Shown here: positions 1-8,207 of the stretch, piece by piece
Layout: every line of letters starts with the position of its first letter
Position numbering within the stretch: the first letter of the stretch is position 1
IMG/VR virus record: IMGVR_UViG_3300043446_004167
Span: 3,945-67,944 of that record
Length of the DNA: 64,000 nucleotides
Strand: one strand, 5' to 3'
Origin: a virus
Notes under the pieces: generated by a model
The model's input: only the letters and a program-made list of their open reading frames with translations
Told to the model about the DNA's origin: nothing
Database searches by the model: none
Position numbers and translations under genes: made by a program

Positions 1-739
1 AACATTTGATTTTTTCTCCATTTGAAATTAATGAATACTTATGAGTAAGATTAAACTTACGTAGGTAGTGATTATAAAGTAATGCTCCTCTAGTATGCAT
101 TGGAGTACTCTTACCATAAATGGTAATAGGAGAATGGAACTTATCCATATTTGACATACCTTGAGGGGTTGAAATCATTTCTGGAGGAAGACTAAAGAAC
201 TCTTTTTTAACTTCTTGAATATAACTTATGAGTTCATTTTCCTCTCCATTCATAATGATTTTAATTGCATCCTTAATAGCAGTTCTACAGAATGCGGGAG
301 TTGAAGTTTTTACTGCTTCAATTCCTGAGATTTTAATCTTAGGCTCAGAATAACGAACTCCTTCATTATCCCATACGTTCAAGATATAATTTTTTTTCTT
401 TCTCCACAATGCAGAAGAGCATATCTTCTCCCTCTTCATATGTAAACAATTTTGATAGGCATTTGTTACAATGCATAATTCATCAAAACTCTTATCAATA
501 TATTTCTGGAGAACTCCATCGCATACTTCCGTTAGGAAATTTATAACATCTTGTTCATTTTTACTCTTACCTTTAAAGAGCTTCTCTACAATTGGGTTAA
601 AATGTAAAAAGCAGCTATTGTGAACACATATATCGTTTGCAAAGAAATTGTGGTTATCTTCAACTTCTATATCATATACCCATTCTTCTTGAACTCCTAA
701 GTCTTCTATTTCAAAATCATCATCAAAAATTAGTTCCAT
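1..739 (-). CDS. gp43: DNA polymerase gp43 C-terminal fragment preceded by split-intein C-half (partial, runs off the left end; not in ORF track)
   Basis: Hand translation from ATG at 739: MELIFDDDFEIEDLGVQEEWVYDIEVEDNHNFFANDICVHN|SCFLHFNP...MKREKI...KKKNYILNVWDNEGVRYSEPKIKISGIEAVKTSTP. This is the family B palm/thumb region of T4-like gp43, open to position 1. Confidence 0.95.
   Translation of the reverse strand, partial: MELIFDDDFEIEDLGVQEEWVYDIEVEDNHNFFANDICVHNSCFLHFNPIVEKLFKGKSKNEQDVINFLTEVCDGVLQKYIDKSFDELCIVTNAYQNCLHMKREKICSSALWRKKKNYILNVWDNEGVRYSEPKIKISGIEAVKTSTPAFCRTAIKDAIKIIMNGEENELISYIQEVKKEFFSLPPEMISTPQGMSNMDKFHSPITIYGKSTPMHTRGALLYNHYLRKFNLTHKYSLISNGEKIKC
617..739 (-). mobile_element. 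split intein C-half (IntC, 41 aa)
   Basis: Block F VYDIEVEDNHNFFAND, block G VHN, followed by Ser+1 (AGC at 614-616). Confidence 0.95.
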
Positions 740-740
740 A

Positions 741-1775
741 TTAAATAGTAAATTCTCTACGATTTGATATAAATTTTTTTATTTTTTCCAAAACTTTGCT
801 TGGGTCATTCCTCCATTCACTATCCCAAACAATAATAGTAACATATCCACGCTGGTCCTCCAACCATTTGGCTTTCAATTCGTCTTGTTTCCATTTTTCT
901 TTTGCTTTCATATGAGTACAACCTCTTCCCCTTAAATGAGAATCTGGTTTATAAATTAATGGATTTCCGTGAAAATGATCTCCATGATATTCAATGCAAA
1001 ATTTTAAATGAGTGCAAACAAAGTCATACAAAAAACATTTATTCTCATATAATAATGCATATTCTTTATTTTTAGTTGCATAATAAGTATATTCTCGTTC
1101 AAATTCAGTTAGAAACTCCTCAACCTCATTAAAACATCTTTGAGATATTTTGGAATATGAATTACCGCAACTAGACTTTTCATAAAATTCCAATAATTTT
1201 TTTCTTCCTATTTCCTCTCCATATCTTTGTATATAAGTATCTAAACTATGTGATTTTAATTTGTTAACTTTTTTATATCTTTCCTCACCTAGATACTCAA
1301 CTGTATTTGTAAAAGCTTGCCGTTTACAGTATTCATCATATCTATTCTTACCATCGTTCTCCCCATATTTTTTTATTAAATTATCTAGAGTAACCGCTCT
1401 AGATTTATTATATTCATTAAATTCATCTAAAGATATTCCATATTTTACTTTTTTATATTCATATGTATTTGTAATCGCCTGTTTTCTTCGATATTCATTA
1501 AATTTTAAAGTTCCTTTTTCTTTTCCATATACAAAAATCATTTTTTCTAAAAATACTCCTCTTTTAAATGAATTATATTTTAATATAAGATTCAAATATT
1601 CATCCCATGTTTTTGGTTTATGAGTCTTACCCAATTCTATTCTAGGAACTGAATAATTTATAATTTTAAATAATTCATCATAGTTAAATATTTTTTGAAA
1701 GGGTGGATAATCCACCCAATTATTTTTAGAACATTGAACTATTATTTTATCGTATGAAGATGTAGCTTGCGGCAT
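741..1775 (-). CDS. free-standing Vsr/PD-(D/E)XK-like homing endonuclease between the split-intein halves
   Basis: C-terminal YDF...CIEYHGDHFHGNP...KWKQD..K...GY..IIVWDSEW Vsr-like core, N-terminal (K/R)YGE repeats, and a fractured-gene position. Confidence 0.8.
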   Translation of the reverse strand: MPQATSSYDKIIVQCSKNNWVDYPPFQKIFNYDELFKIINYSVPRIELGKTHKPKTWDEYLNLILKYNSFKRGVFLEKMIFVYGKEKGTLKFNEYRRKQAITNTYEYKKVKYGISLDEFNEYNKSRAVTLDNLIKKYGENDGKNRYDEYCKRQAFTNTVEYLGEERYKKVNKLKSHSLDTYIQRYGEEIGRKKLLEFYEKSSCGNSYSKISQRCFNEVEEFLTEFEREYTYYATKNKEYALLYENKCFLYDFVCTHLKFCIEYHGDHFHGNPLIYKPDSHLRGRGCTHMKAKEKWKQDELKAKWLEDQRGYVTIIVWDSEWRNDPSKVLEKIKKFISNRREFTI

Positions 1776-1777
1776 TA

Positions 1778-3838
1778 CTATCTGTGTCCATCTATAATAT
1801 ATATAATCTCATGTTTTAAATTAGATAGTTCACTTGGCTTAATCTTTTTTATTTTTCCTGTATTTTTAGTTCTTACAATGACTGAATGGTCTTCCGTTAT
1901 TACTACTGATTTACCTCCTGCTTTAATTCTATAAAGTCTCTTTTTGACCTTATGTTTCATAACATATTTAATTTTTTTATTTTCAAGATTTCCGTCTTTA
2001 GACAAAGATAAAGCATTATGACCATTTACTTTCTTTACATAATTCTCATTAAAATAATCTTTTTTTAAATAATCTTCGGGAATTGAATCAAAGAAATTAG
2101 AAATTGTCATTTCACCATTATCAACCTTGATGATACTATCTCCAGCAACGCTATCAGTATCCATTGCTAGAATCATATCTACATTTTTTGACCCTGCAAC
2201 TTTATTTAAGTAATCATTTAATTTCATCTCAATCCACTTAATAACAGCTTGCCCTGAATACGTAATGGCTTCTGCATTTCGAATATCATAAAATCTAAAA
2301 TAAGCATTACCTAAAGAACCAAAAGCTGAGTTTAAGCAAATTTTAAGAGCTTGTTGATAGTTTTTATATCTTGTAATGTCCTCTTCTAATTTTTCTGATG
2401 GATTTGTTTCATTTAATGATTGACACTCAAGCATCTTTTTTTTGTAAACTGTACGTTCAGTAAACATCTTCTCCATAATTTTAGGAAGAAATCCCTGCTT
2501 ACTTTTATCATACATTGAACCATTAGGACAAATTGTGTAATTGGAATGCTCATCCTTGAGTTTAAAGTTCCCACTTACAATAGATTCAATTGAGACGTAA
2601 TCATTTCTTTCATTAATTAAAGTCTCGGGACTGATGTTGTAAGTGCGAATCAAAGATGGGTATAGAGAAGCTAAATCAAGGCTACATACATATTTAAATT
2701 TACCAATTTGAGGTTCTTTTACGTGAGCTCCTTTAAATTTACTTAATTTTTCCGTTATATTTTTCTTGGATGGAATTACTATATTATCTCGTTTTAAATA
2801 ATTGTAGATAATCCCATCCCACATTCTACCCTGATAGTAGACATCTTCTAGATTTACTTTTGCTTGATATGCAAGAGTAAAAGCAAGTTGAATTAGACAA
2901 AGCTTTTTTTCAAATCTTGAAATTAGTCTACAGTCTTGAACGTTGTACTTAACAAATAAATTAAAGTCCTTTGTATAAAAATCTTTAAATGATTCAAACT
3001 CGTCGTGGTCTAATTTAGATTCTTTTAGTACTTCTTCTGCAACTGTATTCAAACGATTATTTTCAACGTTAATAAATGCAAATTTTTTAAAAAGTAAAAG
3101 ATAATCTAAAATAGTAATTCCAGCTAATTCATATTCAATTTCAAGTTTATCATTTAAAGTATAGCTTCTCGATGATACCTTTTTCCAAATGGATAAACGT
3201 TTAGTTTCATTATCACCAAAATTTTTAGCTATACGATTAACAATATATGGAATGTCAAAATTTAATATATTCCAGCCAGTAATAATATCAGGATAGTCAT
3301 CTTCCCAGAAGTTTAAGAACTTTTGAAGTAAATCTCTTTCATTCTCACACTCATAATAAAAATGATTTTCGACGTTATCCGCAAATGGACGAGACCCCCA
3401 AGTATGAACTATTCCATTCCTATAGTCTTGAATTGTAATTAACAATATCTCTTCATTTGCAGCTTGAGGGTCAATACTACCTTGTTCCGCTGTAGTTTCA
3501 ATATCTAAAATATAAAGTTTTGTATGTTGAATATCAAATTCAATGGTCTCATCTGGAAATTTATCCGAAATATACTGATAGATTGAATTTGATTGACCAA
3601 AATACTCAAACCCTTCAACTTCTTGATACCTTTCTACAAATTTTCGAGTTTCTGTTATTGTACCTGGTTGTACAGGAGTTACAAACCTATTATCTAATGT
3701 TAAATAATGAGTTTTTTTATTTGCAGGTACATATAAAGTTGGATGATATTTAATTCTTTCTTTTATCTCTACTTCATCATCATAACCCCTATAGTAAATA
3801 TAGTCACCAATTATTTTAACATTAGTATAGAATTTCAA
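1778..3838 (-). CDS. gp43: DNA polymerase gp43 N-terminal fragment (562 aa) fused to split-intein N-half
   Basis: Exo I LDIET, ITGWNI..FDIPY, motif A SLDLASLYPS, motif B KICLNSAFG. Motif C is broken at MDTD|S. Confidence 0.96.
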   Translation of the reverse strand: MKFYTNVKIIGDYIYYRGYDDEVEIKERIKYHPTLYVPANKKTHYLTLDNRFVTPVQPGTITETRKFVERYQEVEGFEYFGQSNSIYQYISDKFPDETIEFDIQHTKLYILDIETTAEQGSIDPQAANEEILLITIQDYRNGIVHTWGSRPFADNVENHFYYECENERDLLQKFLNFWEDDYPDIITGWNILNFDIPYIVNRIAKNFGDNETKRLSIWKKVSSRSYTLNDKLEIEYELAGITILDYLLLFKKFAFINVENNRLNTVAEEVLKESKLDHDEFESFKDFYTKDFNLFVKYNVQDCRLISRFEKKLCLIQLAFTLAYQAKVNLEDVYYQGRMWDGIIYNYLKRDNIVIPSKKNITEKLSKFKGAHVKEPQIGKFKYVCSLDLASLYPSLIRTYNISPETLINERNDYVSIESIVSGNFKLKDEHSNYTICPNGSMYDKSKQGFLPKIMEKMFTERTVYKKKMLECQSLNETNPSEKLEEDITRYKNYQQALKICLNSAFGSLGNAYFRFYDIRNAEAITYSGQAVIKWIEMKLNDYLNKVAGSKNVDMILAMDTDSVAGDSIIKVDNGEMTISNFFDSIPEDYLKKDYFNENYVKKVNGHNALSLSKDGNLENKKIKYVMKHKVKKRLYRIKAGGKSVVITEDHSVIVRTKNTGKIKKIKPSELSNLKHEIIYIIDGHR
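1781..2152 (-). mobile_element. split intein N-half (IntN, 124 aa, Ser1)
   Basis: Starts SVAGDSII directly after DTD, has block B ITEDHS, and ends at a stop with no block F/G. Confidence 0.93.
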
Positions 3839-4185
3839 TCTTGATTTACCTCCTCATCATTTTCTTCAAGAATGTCATCATAATCCAAATCATTTTCAAT
3901 CAATATAATCTTTTTATATCTCTCTAGTATATCTGGCAATGGATCAACCATTGTAATTATCTTACTCGGGTCAATCATAAAGCTATTTTCTTCTGTAATA
4001 TCTTTCAGCCAAGGAGTCAATTGAAATGCAGTATCTTTAATTTCACTTAAAGTTATAAGATACGGGTCGATAAGTCTACAATTTGGTGCTCCTGGTTCAG
4101 CATCAATTTGATATACTTGACTAATGATAATTTGATTATTAGATAGTAAAATAGCTTGAATCATTGTTATTATGGAAGTGACCAA
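3835..4185 (-). CDS. conserved hypothetical protein upstream of gp43 (Sm-like fold candidate)
   Basis: AEPGAPNCRLIDPY...LTPWL...IITMVDP resembles the small gene found before gp43 in cyanomyophages. The start may be the ATG at 4164. Confidence 0.65.
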   Translation of the reverse strand: MVTSIITMIQAILLSNNQIIISQVYQIDAEPGAPNCRLIDPYLITLSEIKDTAFQLTPWLKDITEENSFMIDPSKIITMVDPLPDILERYKKIILIENDLDYDDILEENDEEVNQD

Positions 4186-4188
4186 TTA

Positions 4189-4217
4189 ATTTTAACACAA
4201 AAAAAAGAGGTCGTCAA
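4189..4217 (-). promoter_or_regulatory. sigma70-type promoter for the gp43 operon
   Basis: TTGACG-N17-TAAAAT with extended -10 TG. Confidence 0.7.
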
Positions 4218-4238
4218 TTTTAAACCAACGACCTCTTT
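4199..4238 (-). terminator. intrinsic terminator after hsp20
   Basis: AAAGAGGTCGT/ACGACCTCTTT stem followed by a T-run on the minus strand. Confidence 0.8.
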
Positions 4239-4256
4239 GTATATTTAATTCTTAAC

Positions 4257-4649
4257 TCATTCTATCTGATATTTAGTTCTAGGAGGTTTAGGGGGAACTA
4301 CCTTAGAAACTTCAACCGTAAGAAGTCCATTTTCAAATTTAACTTTGTCCACCTTAGAACCTTCGGTAAGTAACCAACTATCTGAATATTTTCTAGATGA
4401 TGAGTCACTTTCATCTTTTGCGGTTACTACTAAATATCCATTTTCTTCATAAACTTCAATTTGTTCTTTTTTATATCCGGCAAGTTCCACTTCAATTTTT
4501 AGTCTGTCATCAGATATTCTGTTTAAACGTGACCTTGAAGATGAAGGATAATAGTAAGAAGTAAATGGTCTTAGTAATGAACGAGCAGTTGAATAAAAAT
4601 CCTCATCCATTAAGAGACTTGAATTGAGATAACGAGCTAGTAAAGACAT
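4257..4649 (-). CDS. hsp20: small heat-shock protein Hsp20
   Basis: Alpha-crystallin motifs IEVELAGYKKEQIEV and FENGLLTV, strong AGGAGG SD, synteny with regA. Confidence 0.9.
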   Translation of the reverse strand: MSLLARYLNSSLLMDEDFYSTARSLLRPFTSYYYPSSSRSRLNRISDDRLKIEVELAGYKKEQIEVYEENGYLVVTAKDESDSSSRKYSDSWLLTEGSKVDKVKFENGLLTVEVSKVVPPKPPRTKYQIE

Positions 4650-4742
4650 AATTGTAAACCTCCTTTATTGTTTACGGGTATAGTATATAACAAAAAAGGA
4701 GTAAAAAGTAAGTGATGAGAACCGATTACTTAAGGTTCGGGT

Positions 4743-5183
4743 TCACTCATTCCCATCTACTGGAGTAGTTTTTTTACCAATTGTATATTTTTGAATGAGG
4801 TTCCACTCATCCTTTTCTTTAAAAGCAATGACTTTAATTTGATTTAATGGAGCAATATCACTAAATCGGTCTGGTTCTACTATTGTAAGTAGACCCCAAT
4901 CCTGAAGTAAGAATGCAATTCTATTTCTTCGTTGAATATCATTCAATGTCAATGAACAATATTTACCATCAAGTGCAAAAAGCTCCTTGAAAGAGCAAAT
5001 ATAATATTTACCGAGTTTATGTAAAATGTTGCAGCTTTGATAAAGAGTTTTTTCTTTTCGAGATGCAACACCAATTCGACTTAGAGTTTCTCGAATTTTA
5101 AGAAAGTCGTCAGGTTCAGAAAGAGTAACCTCCAACATCATTGAAGGAGTCCATTCTACTTTATTTTCAGAAGAAATTGTCAT
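4743..5183 (-). CDS. regA: translational repressor RegA
   Basis: DDFLKIRETLSRIGVAS...LYQSCNILHK.GKYYI..FKELFALDG. Confidence 0.95.
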   Translation of the reverse strand: MTISSENKVEWTPSMMLEVTLSEPDDFLKIRETLSRIGVASRKEKTLYQSCNILHKLGKYYICSFKELFALDGKYCSLTLNDIQRRNRIAFLLQDWGLLTIVEPDRFSDIAPLNQIKVIAFKEKDEWNLIQKYTIGKKTTPVDGNE

Positions 5184-5557
5184 TTGGTCAATCCACCATT
5201 TTGTAGTTTGTTCTTTATATATTCGATTTCTTTTTTTGAAAATAAATCAATTATTTCATATACCTTAACATCACTTAAATTATAGTATTTTTTTAAAATT
5301 TCAATATCTTCTGTATTTTCATTTTTAATCCACTTCGCCATTCTCTTTCGTTTCGACAAAGTATTATAATAAAATTGATATTGACATTCACTTGGAACAA
5401 AATGAAGTCGATTCATTTCATTTGAAAATAAAATAGAATCTAAATGATAGGATAATGATTTGTTTACCACATATGGTACATAATCTTTAATATTCCCTTC
5501 ATTTAGAATATTAGTTTTTAAATTAATTGAATTCACCCAATCCCATACACTACTCAT
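5180..5557 (-). CDS. gp62: clamp loader small subunit
   Basis: YVPYVVNKSLSY..D.I.F.NEMN...KRKR..KW; lies between gp44 and regA. Confidence 0.9.
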   Translation of the reverse strand: MSSVWDWVNSINLKTNILNEGNIKDYVPYVVNKSLSYHLDSILFSNEMNRLHFVPSECQYQFYYNTLSKRKRMAKWIKNENTEDIEILKKYYNLSDVKVYEIIDLFSKKEIEYIKNKLQNGGLTK

Positions 5558-6498
5558 AGAAATTCACATTCTCCCATTATTTCAGTTAAACACGCCATTA
5601 GATTTATCTCTTGGTCAACTACAAAATTACTTTTATATTGATACTCGGCTAATAAAATAATTAAAGAAGGAATTGTCTTTGGAACTAATACCTTTGGCAT
5701 TGAATCATATAAGGTTCTAAAAATTAAACTTACATCATTACTTGAGTTCAATGCTACCCACCTTCGAACCTCTCTAAAATTAGAGTCCTTCATAAAGGAA
5801 ATTAATTCTAAAATATTAGAACTGATGTTTACACCTAAGGAACTTATTTCCAATTTACCTGTAGAAGTATACCTCTGAAGCTCGTGAAGAGTTCTACGAA
5901 AATCAGGAAAATACTTTCGAACTACCTCAACTAAAATATTTTCTTCAAACTTAATATTTTCTTGATTTAGAATTAAAATTAGCTTCTCAAAAAACTCTGC
6001 TGCTAATTTTGGTCTTTCTTTTGTAGGAATTTTAAACTCAATGGAGGATGCCCTTGAATGAATTGCAGGTAAAAGTTTATTTACATAGTTACAAGTAAAT
6101 ACATAGATGCAATTTTTTTGAGTTTCTTCAATGATACCCAAAAGAGCTTTTTGAGCATCAAATGTTAAATTATCAGCCTCGTCAATTAGTAGTATCTTTT
6201 TACTCTTCCCCGATAAAGATATAGTAGAAGCATATGAACTAATTTTATTTCTTACAGTATCAATACTTCTACCTTCATTTGACCCATTAACTTTCATAAA
6301 ATCCATCTTTAACTCTTTTGCGAGAGCTAGTACAACTGCAGTTTTACCAATTCCAGAAGTACCATAAAGAATTAAATTTGGAATTTTTTCACTATCTCGA
6401 TATGAGATGAAAGTTTTTTTAATCTCTGAAGATAAAATGCATTCTTCAATTGTATTTGGAGCGTATTTATTTACAAAAAGAAAGTCATCAGTCATCAC
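5554..6498 (-). CDS. gp44: clamp loader AAA+ ATPase subunit
   Basis: KYAP.TIEECIL, Walker A GTSGIGKT, IDEAD, FPDFRR. Confidence 0.95.
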   Translation of the reverse strand: MMTDDFLFVNKYAPNTIEECILSSEIKKTFISYRDSEKIPNLILYGTSGIGKTAVVLALAKELKMDFMKVNGSNEGRSIDTVRNKISSYASTISLSGKSKKILLIDEADNLTFDAQKALLGIIEETQKNCIYVFTCNYVNKLLPAIHSRASSIEFKIPTKERPKLAAEFFEKLILILNQENIKFEENILVEVVRKYFPDFRRTLHELQRYTSTGKLEISSLGVNISSNILELISFMKDSNFREVRRWVALNSSNDVSLIFRTLYDSMPKVLVPKTIPSLIILLAEYQYKSNFVVDQEINLMACLTEIMGECEFL

Positions 6499-7029
6499 TT
6501 AATTCATCCACGAAGGTTTACGTTCCGGTCTTTTTTCATAATTAGTTAAAGGCCATACCTTTGAAATCATATATTTACGATAAGCTTCGATTGTATCAAT
6601 CGAAGTATCATACTTAATATCATCAGGCATAGCTCTCACGAAAGACTTAACATCTCTCCAAATATCTAAAGTTTTTTCAGTTTTTTCTTCAAAAATAGAT
6701 TGAGCTACTTTCAAAGTGTTGTATGTACCGTGACTTTTAGCGTAACGATATTTAAATTCATTTGCAATCTCTATTCCGTGAGTAATCAGCCAAGCTAGAT
6801 TTTCAAAAGATTCAGCTGCCCAAATAGTACAAGGATGCTTCCTGAATGCTCCTTTTTTAGTTGAATAGGGGGTTCCATCTTTTTTAGGAATTTCCCCCCA
6901 GTTATGAAACCAAGATGAATATACAATAGAAATCATTTGGCATGACTCTAGTGCCATCTTGTTTATGTGTTTATCAGGAAGTTGATGAGCTGATTCTATC
7001 GGACTACAGGAAACCACAAAAATGTTCAT
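6499..7029 (-). CDS. pyrimidine-dimer DNA glycosylase (DenV)-related 'MNIF' family protein
   Basis: MNIFV...PDKHI.KM.LE..QM and HPCT.W motifs. Confidence 0.6.
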   Translation of the reverse strand: MNIFVVSCSPIESAHQLPDKHINKMALESCQMISIVYSSWFHNWGEIPKKDGTPYSTKKGAFRKHPCTIWAAESFENLAWLITHGIEIANEFKYRYAKSHGTYNTLKVAQSIFEEKTEKTLDIWRDVKSFVRAMPDDIKYDTSIDTIEAYRKYMISKVWPLTNYEKRPERKPSWMN

Positions 7030-7044
7030 AATATAAAAAAATAT

Positions 7045-7725
7045 TCAAGGAGTAAAATAACTATCGCTACATAATCCAACAAAGTAAGTTAATTCAAAAT
7101 CTTGGTTCTTAAATCTAGCAATCATTTCTTTTGAGATGGTTACATCATAAGAACCTTCAATCATAAGAAGATTATTCTTATCAAAATTGAACTCAAACTC
7201 TTTGTCAGTCTCTCCAACTACAATTGAAACTTGATTGGAGGTTGGGTTTGATTTATTCCTTACTTGTAAGACGATTCTTCCACTTTCCGATAGAACAGTG
7301 AAATAAGGAAGTCCAAATACATTAGTAGCTTTAATTAATTTATCAAAATATTCACTTTTTAATTCAAATTCTACGTCTTGAGATGGTAATTTGAGATTCC
7401 TATTCTCTGGAGCTACAACTAGATCTGGGTCAGTTAAGAAATACTTAATTGTATGATTGCCGTGTTTAATTAAAACATAACCAGAATCACTTAAGATTTC
7501 AACCTCAGGGTTATCGTACAACCTCAGCCCTTTTAGGAACTGAGGCAAATCATAAATAGCAAATTCTGAATTAAAAGTTTCATCAATTACTGCAGTTGCG
7601 GAAACATCTCCAGCTACTGAGATAGTTCGAAGTATGTTACCAGGTCGAAATAAAATATTAGAGTTAATTGAAGCAAAATTATTTAAAATAGCAAGAGTGT
7701 TATTTGAAAGTTTCATAATAATCAA
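7045..7725 (-). CDS. gp45: sliding clamp
   Basis: MKLS..T..IL.NFASIN..I and FAIYDL..FL. The start is probably the ATG at 7716. Confidence 0.93.
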   Translation of the reverse strand: MIIMKLSNNTLAILNNFASINSNILFRPGNILRTISVAGDVSATAVIDETFNSEFAIYDLPQFLKGLRLYDNPEVEILSDSGYVLIKHGNHTIKYFLTDPDLVVAPENRNLKLPSQDVEFELKSEYFDKLIKATNVFGLPYFTVLSESGRIVLQVRNKSNPTSNQVSIVVGETDKEFEFNFDKNNLLMIEGSYDVTISKEMIARFKNQDFELTYFVGLCSDSYFTP

Positions 7726-8141
7726 AAAGTTTTATATTCATCAGAAATATTAGAATGTAACCCAGAGAAATGATAAAGAAGAATGCAATAATGCATTGCC
7801 TTTAATAGATCAAGTTTACTTTTACCATTCTTACGTCCAAACCTTGAAAGATACTTAATTGCGTTTGAACGACTGAATGGTTCAGCATCTCCGATACTTT
7901 CAATTAAGTCAAGTGTCTGTGTTTTTGAAGTGTCTGAGGTATAATGAGAATGGTAAGTCATCTTTAAATACTCTTCGAGTTCTTTTAGAGTTTTATCCTC
8001 TCCGTACTTCCAAAATCCATTTTTATTTTCATCATTTGATGATGTGTTTGAATTAAACGTAACATATGATTCTTCTCCATTGAAATAAAGAGAGTCATCA
8101 TAATTATAGTTGATAGTGCCAATCATAGAATCTTGAATCAT
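7722..8141 (-). CDS. DUF3310-like protein
   Basis: HY...LD.IE..G...F...NAIKY..R.G.KNG...DL.KA.HY pattern. Confidence 0.7.
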   Translation of the reverse strand: MIQDSMIGTINYNYDDSLYFNGEESYVTFNSNTSSNDENKNGFWKYGEDKTLKELEEYLKMTYHSHYTSDTSKTQTLDLIESIGDAEPFSRSNAIKYLSRFGRKNGKSKLDLLKAMHYCILLYHFSGLHSNISDEYKTF

Positions 8142-8167
8142 AATTAAAAAAAGAGGTGGACAATGGT

Positions 8168-8196
8168 ATCCTAAAGCGATGCCAGCAAGGAGTCAA
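8168..8196 (-). promoter_or_regulatory. sigma70-type promoter for the clamp/clamp-loader operon
   Basis: TTGACT-N17-TAGGAT in an intergenic gap. Confidence 0.65.
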
Positions 8197-8207
8197 GTCG
8201 GTTTGAA

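Noticed and set aside
741-1777. Group I intron explanation for the gp43 interruption
   Set aside because: Only 1-2 nt separate the ORFs, leaving no room for a ribozyme core, and the flanks are clear intein halves.
4712-4745. Imperfect inverted repeat (GAACC...GGTTC) between regA and hsp20
   Set aside because: The stem is too short and has no T-tract, so it cannot be told apart from chance without homologues.
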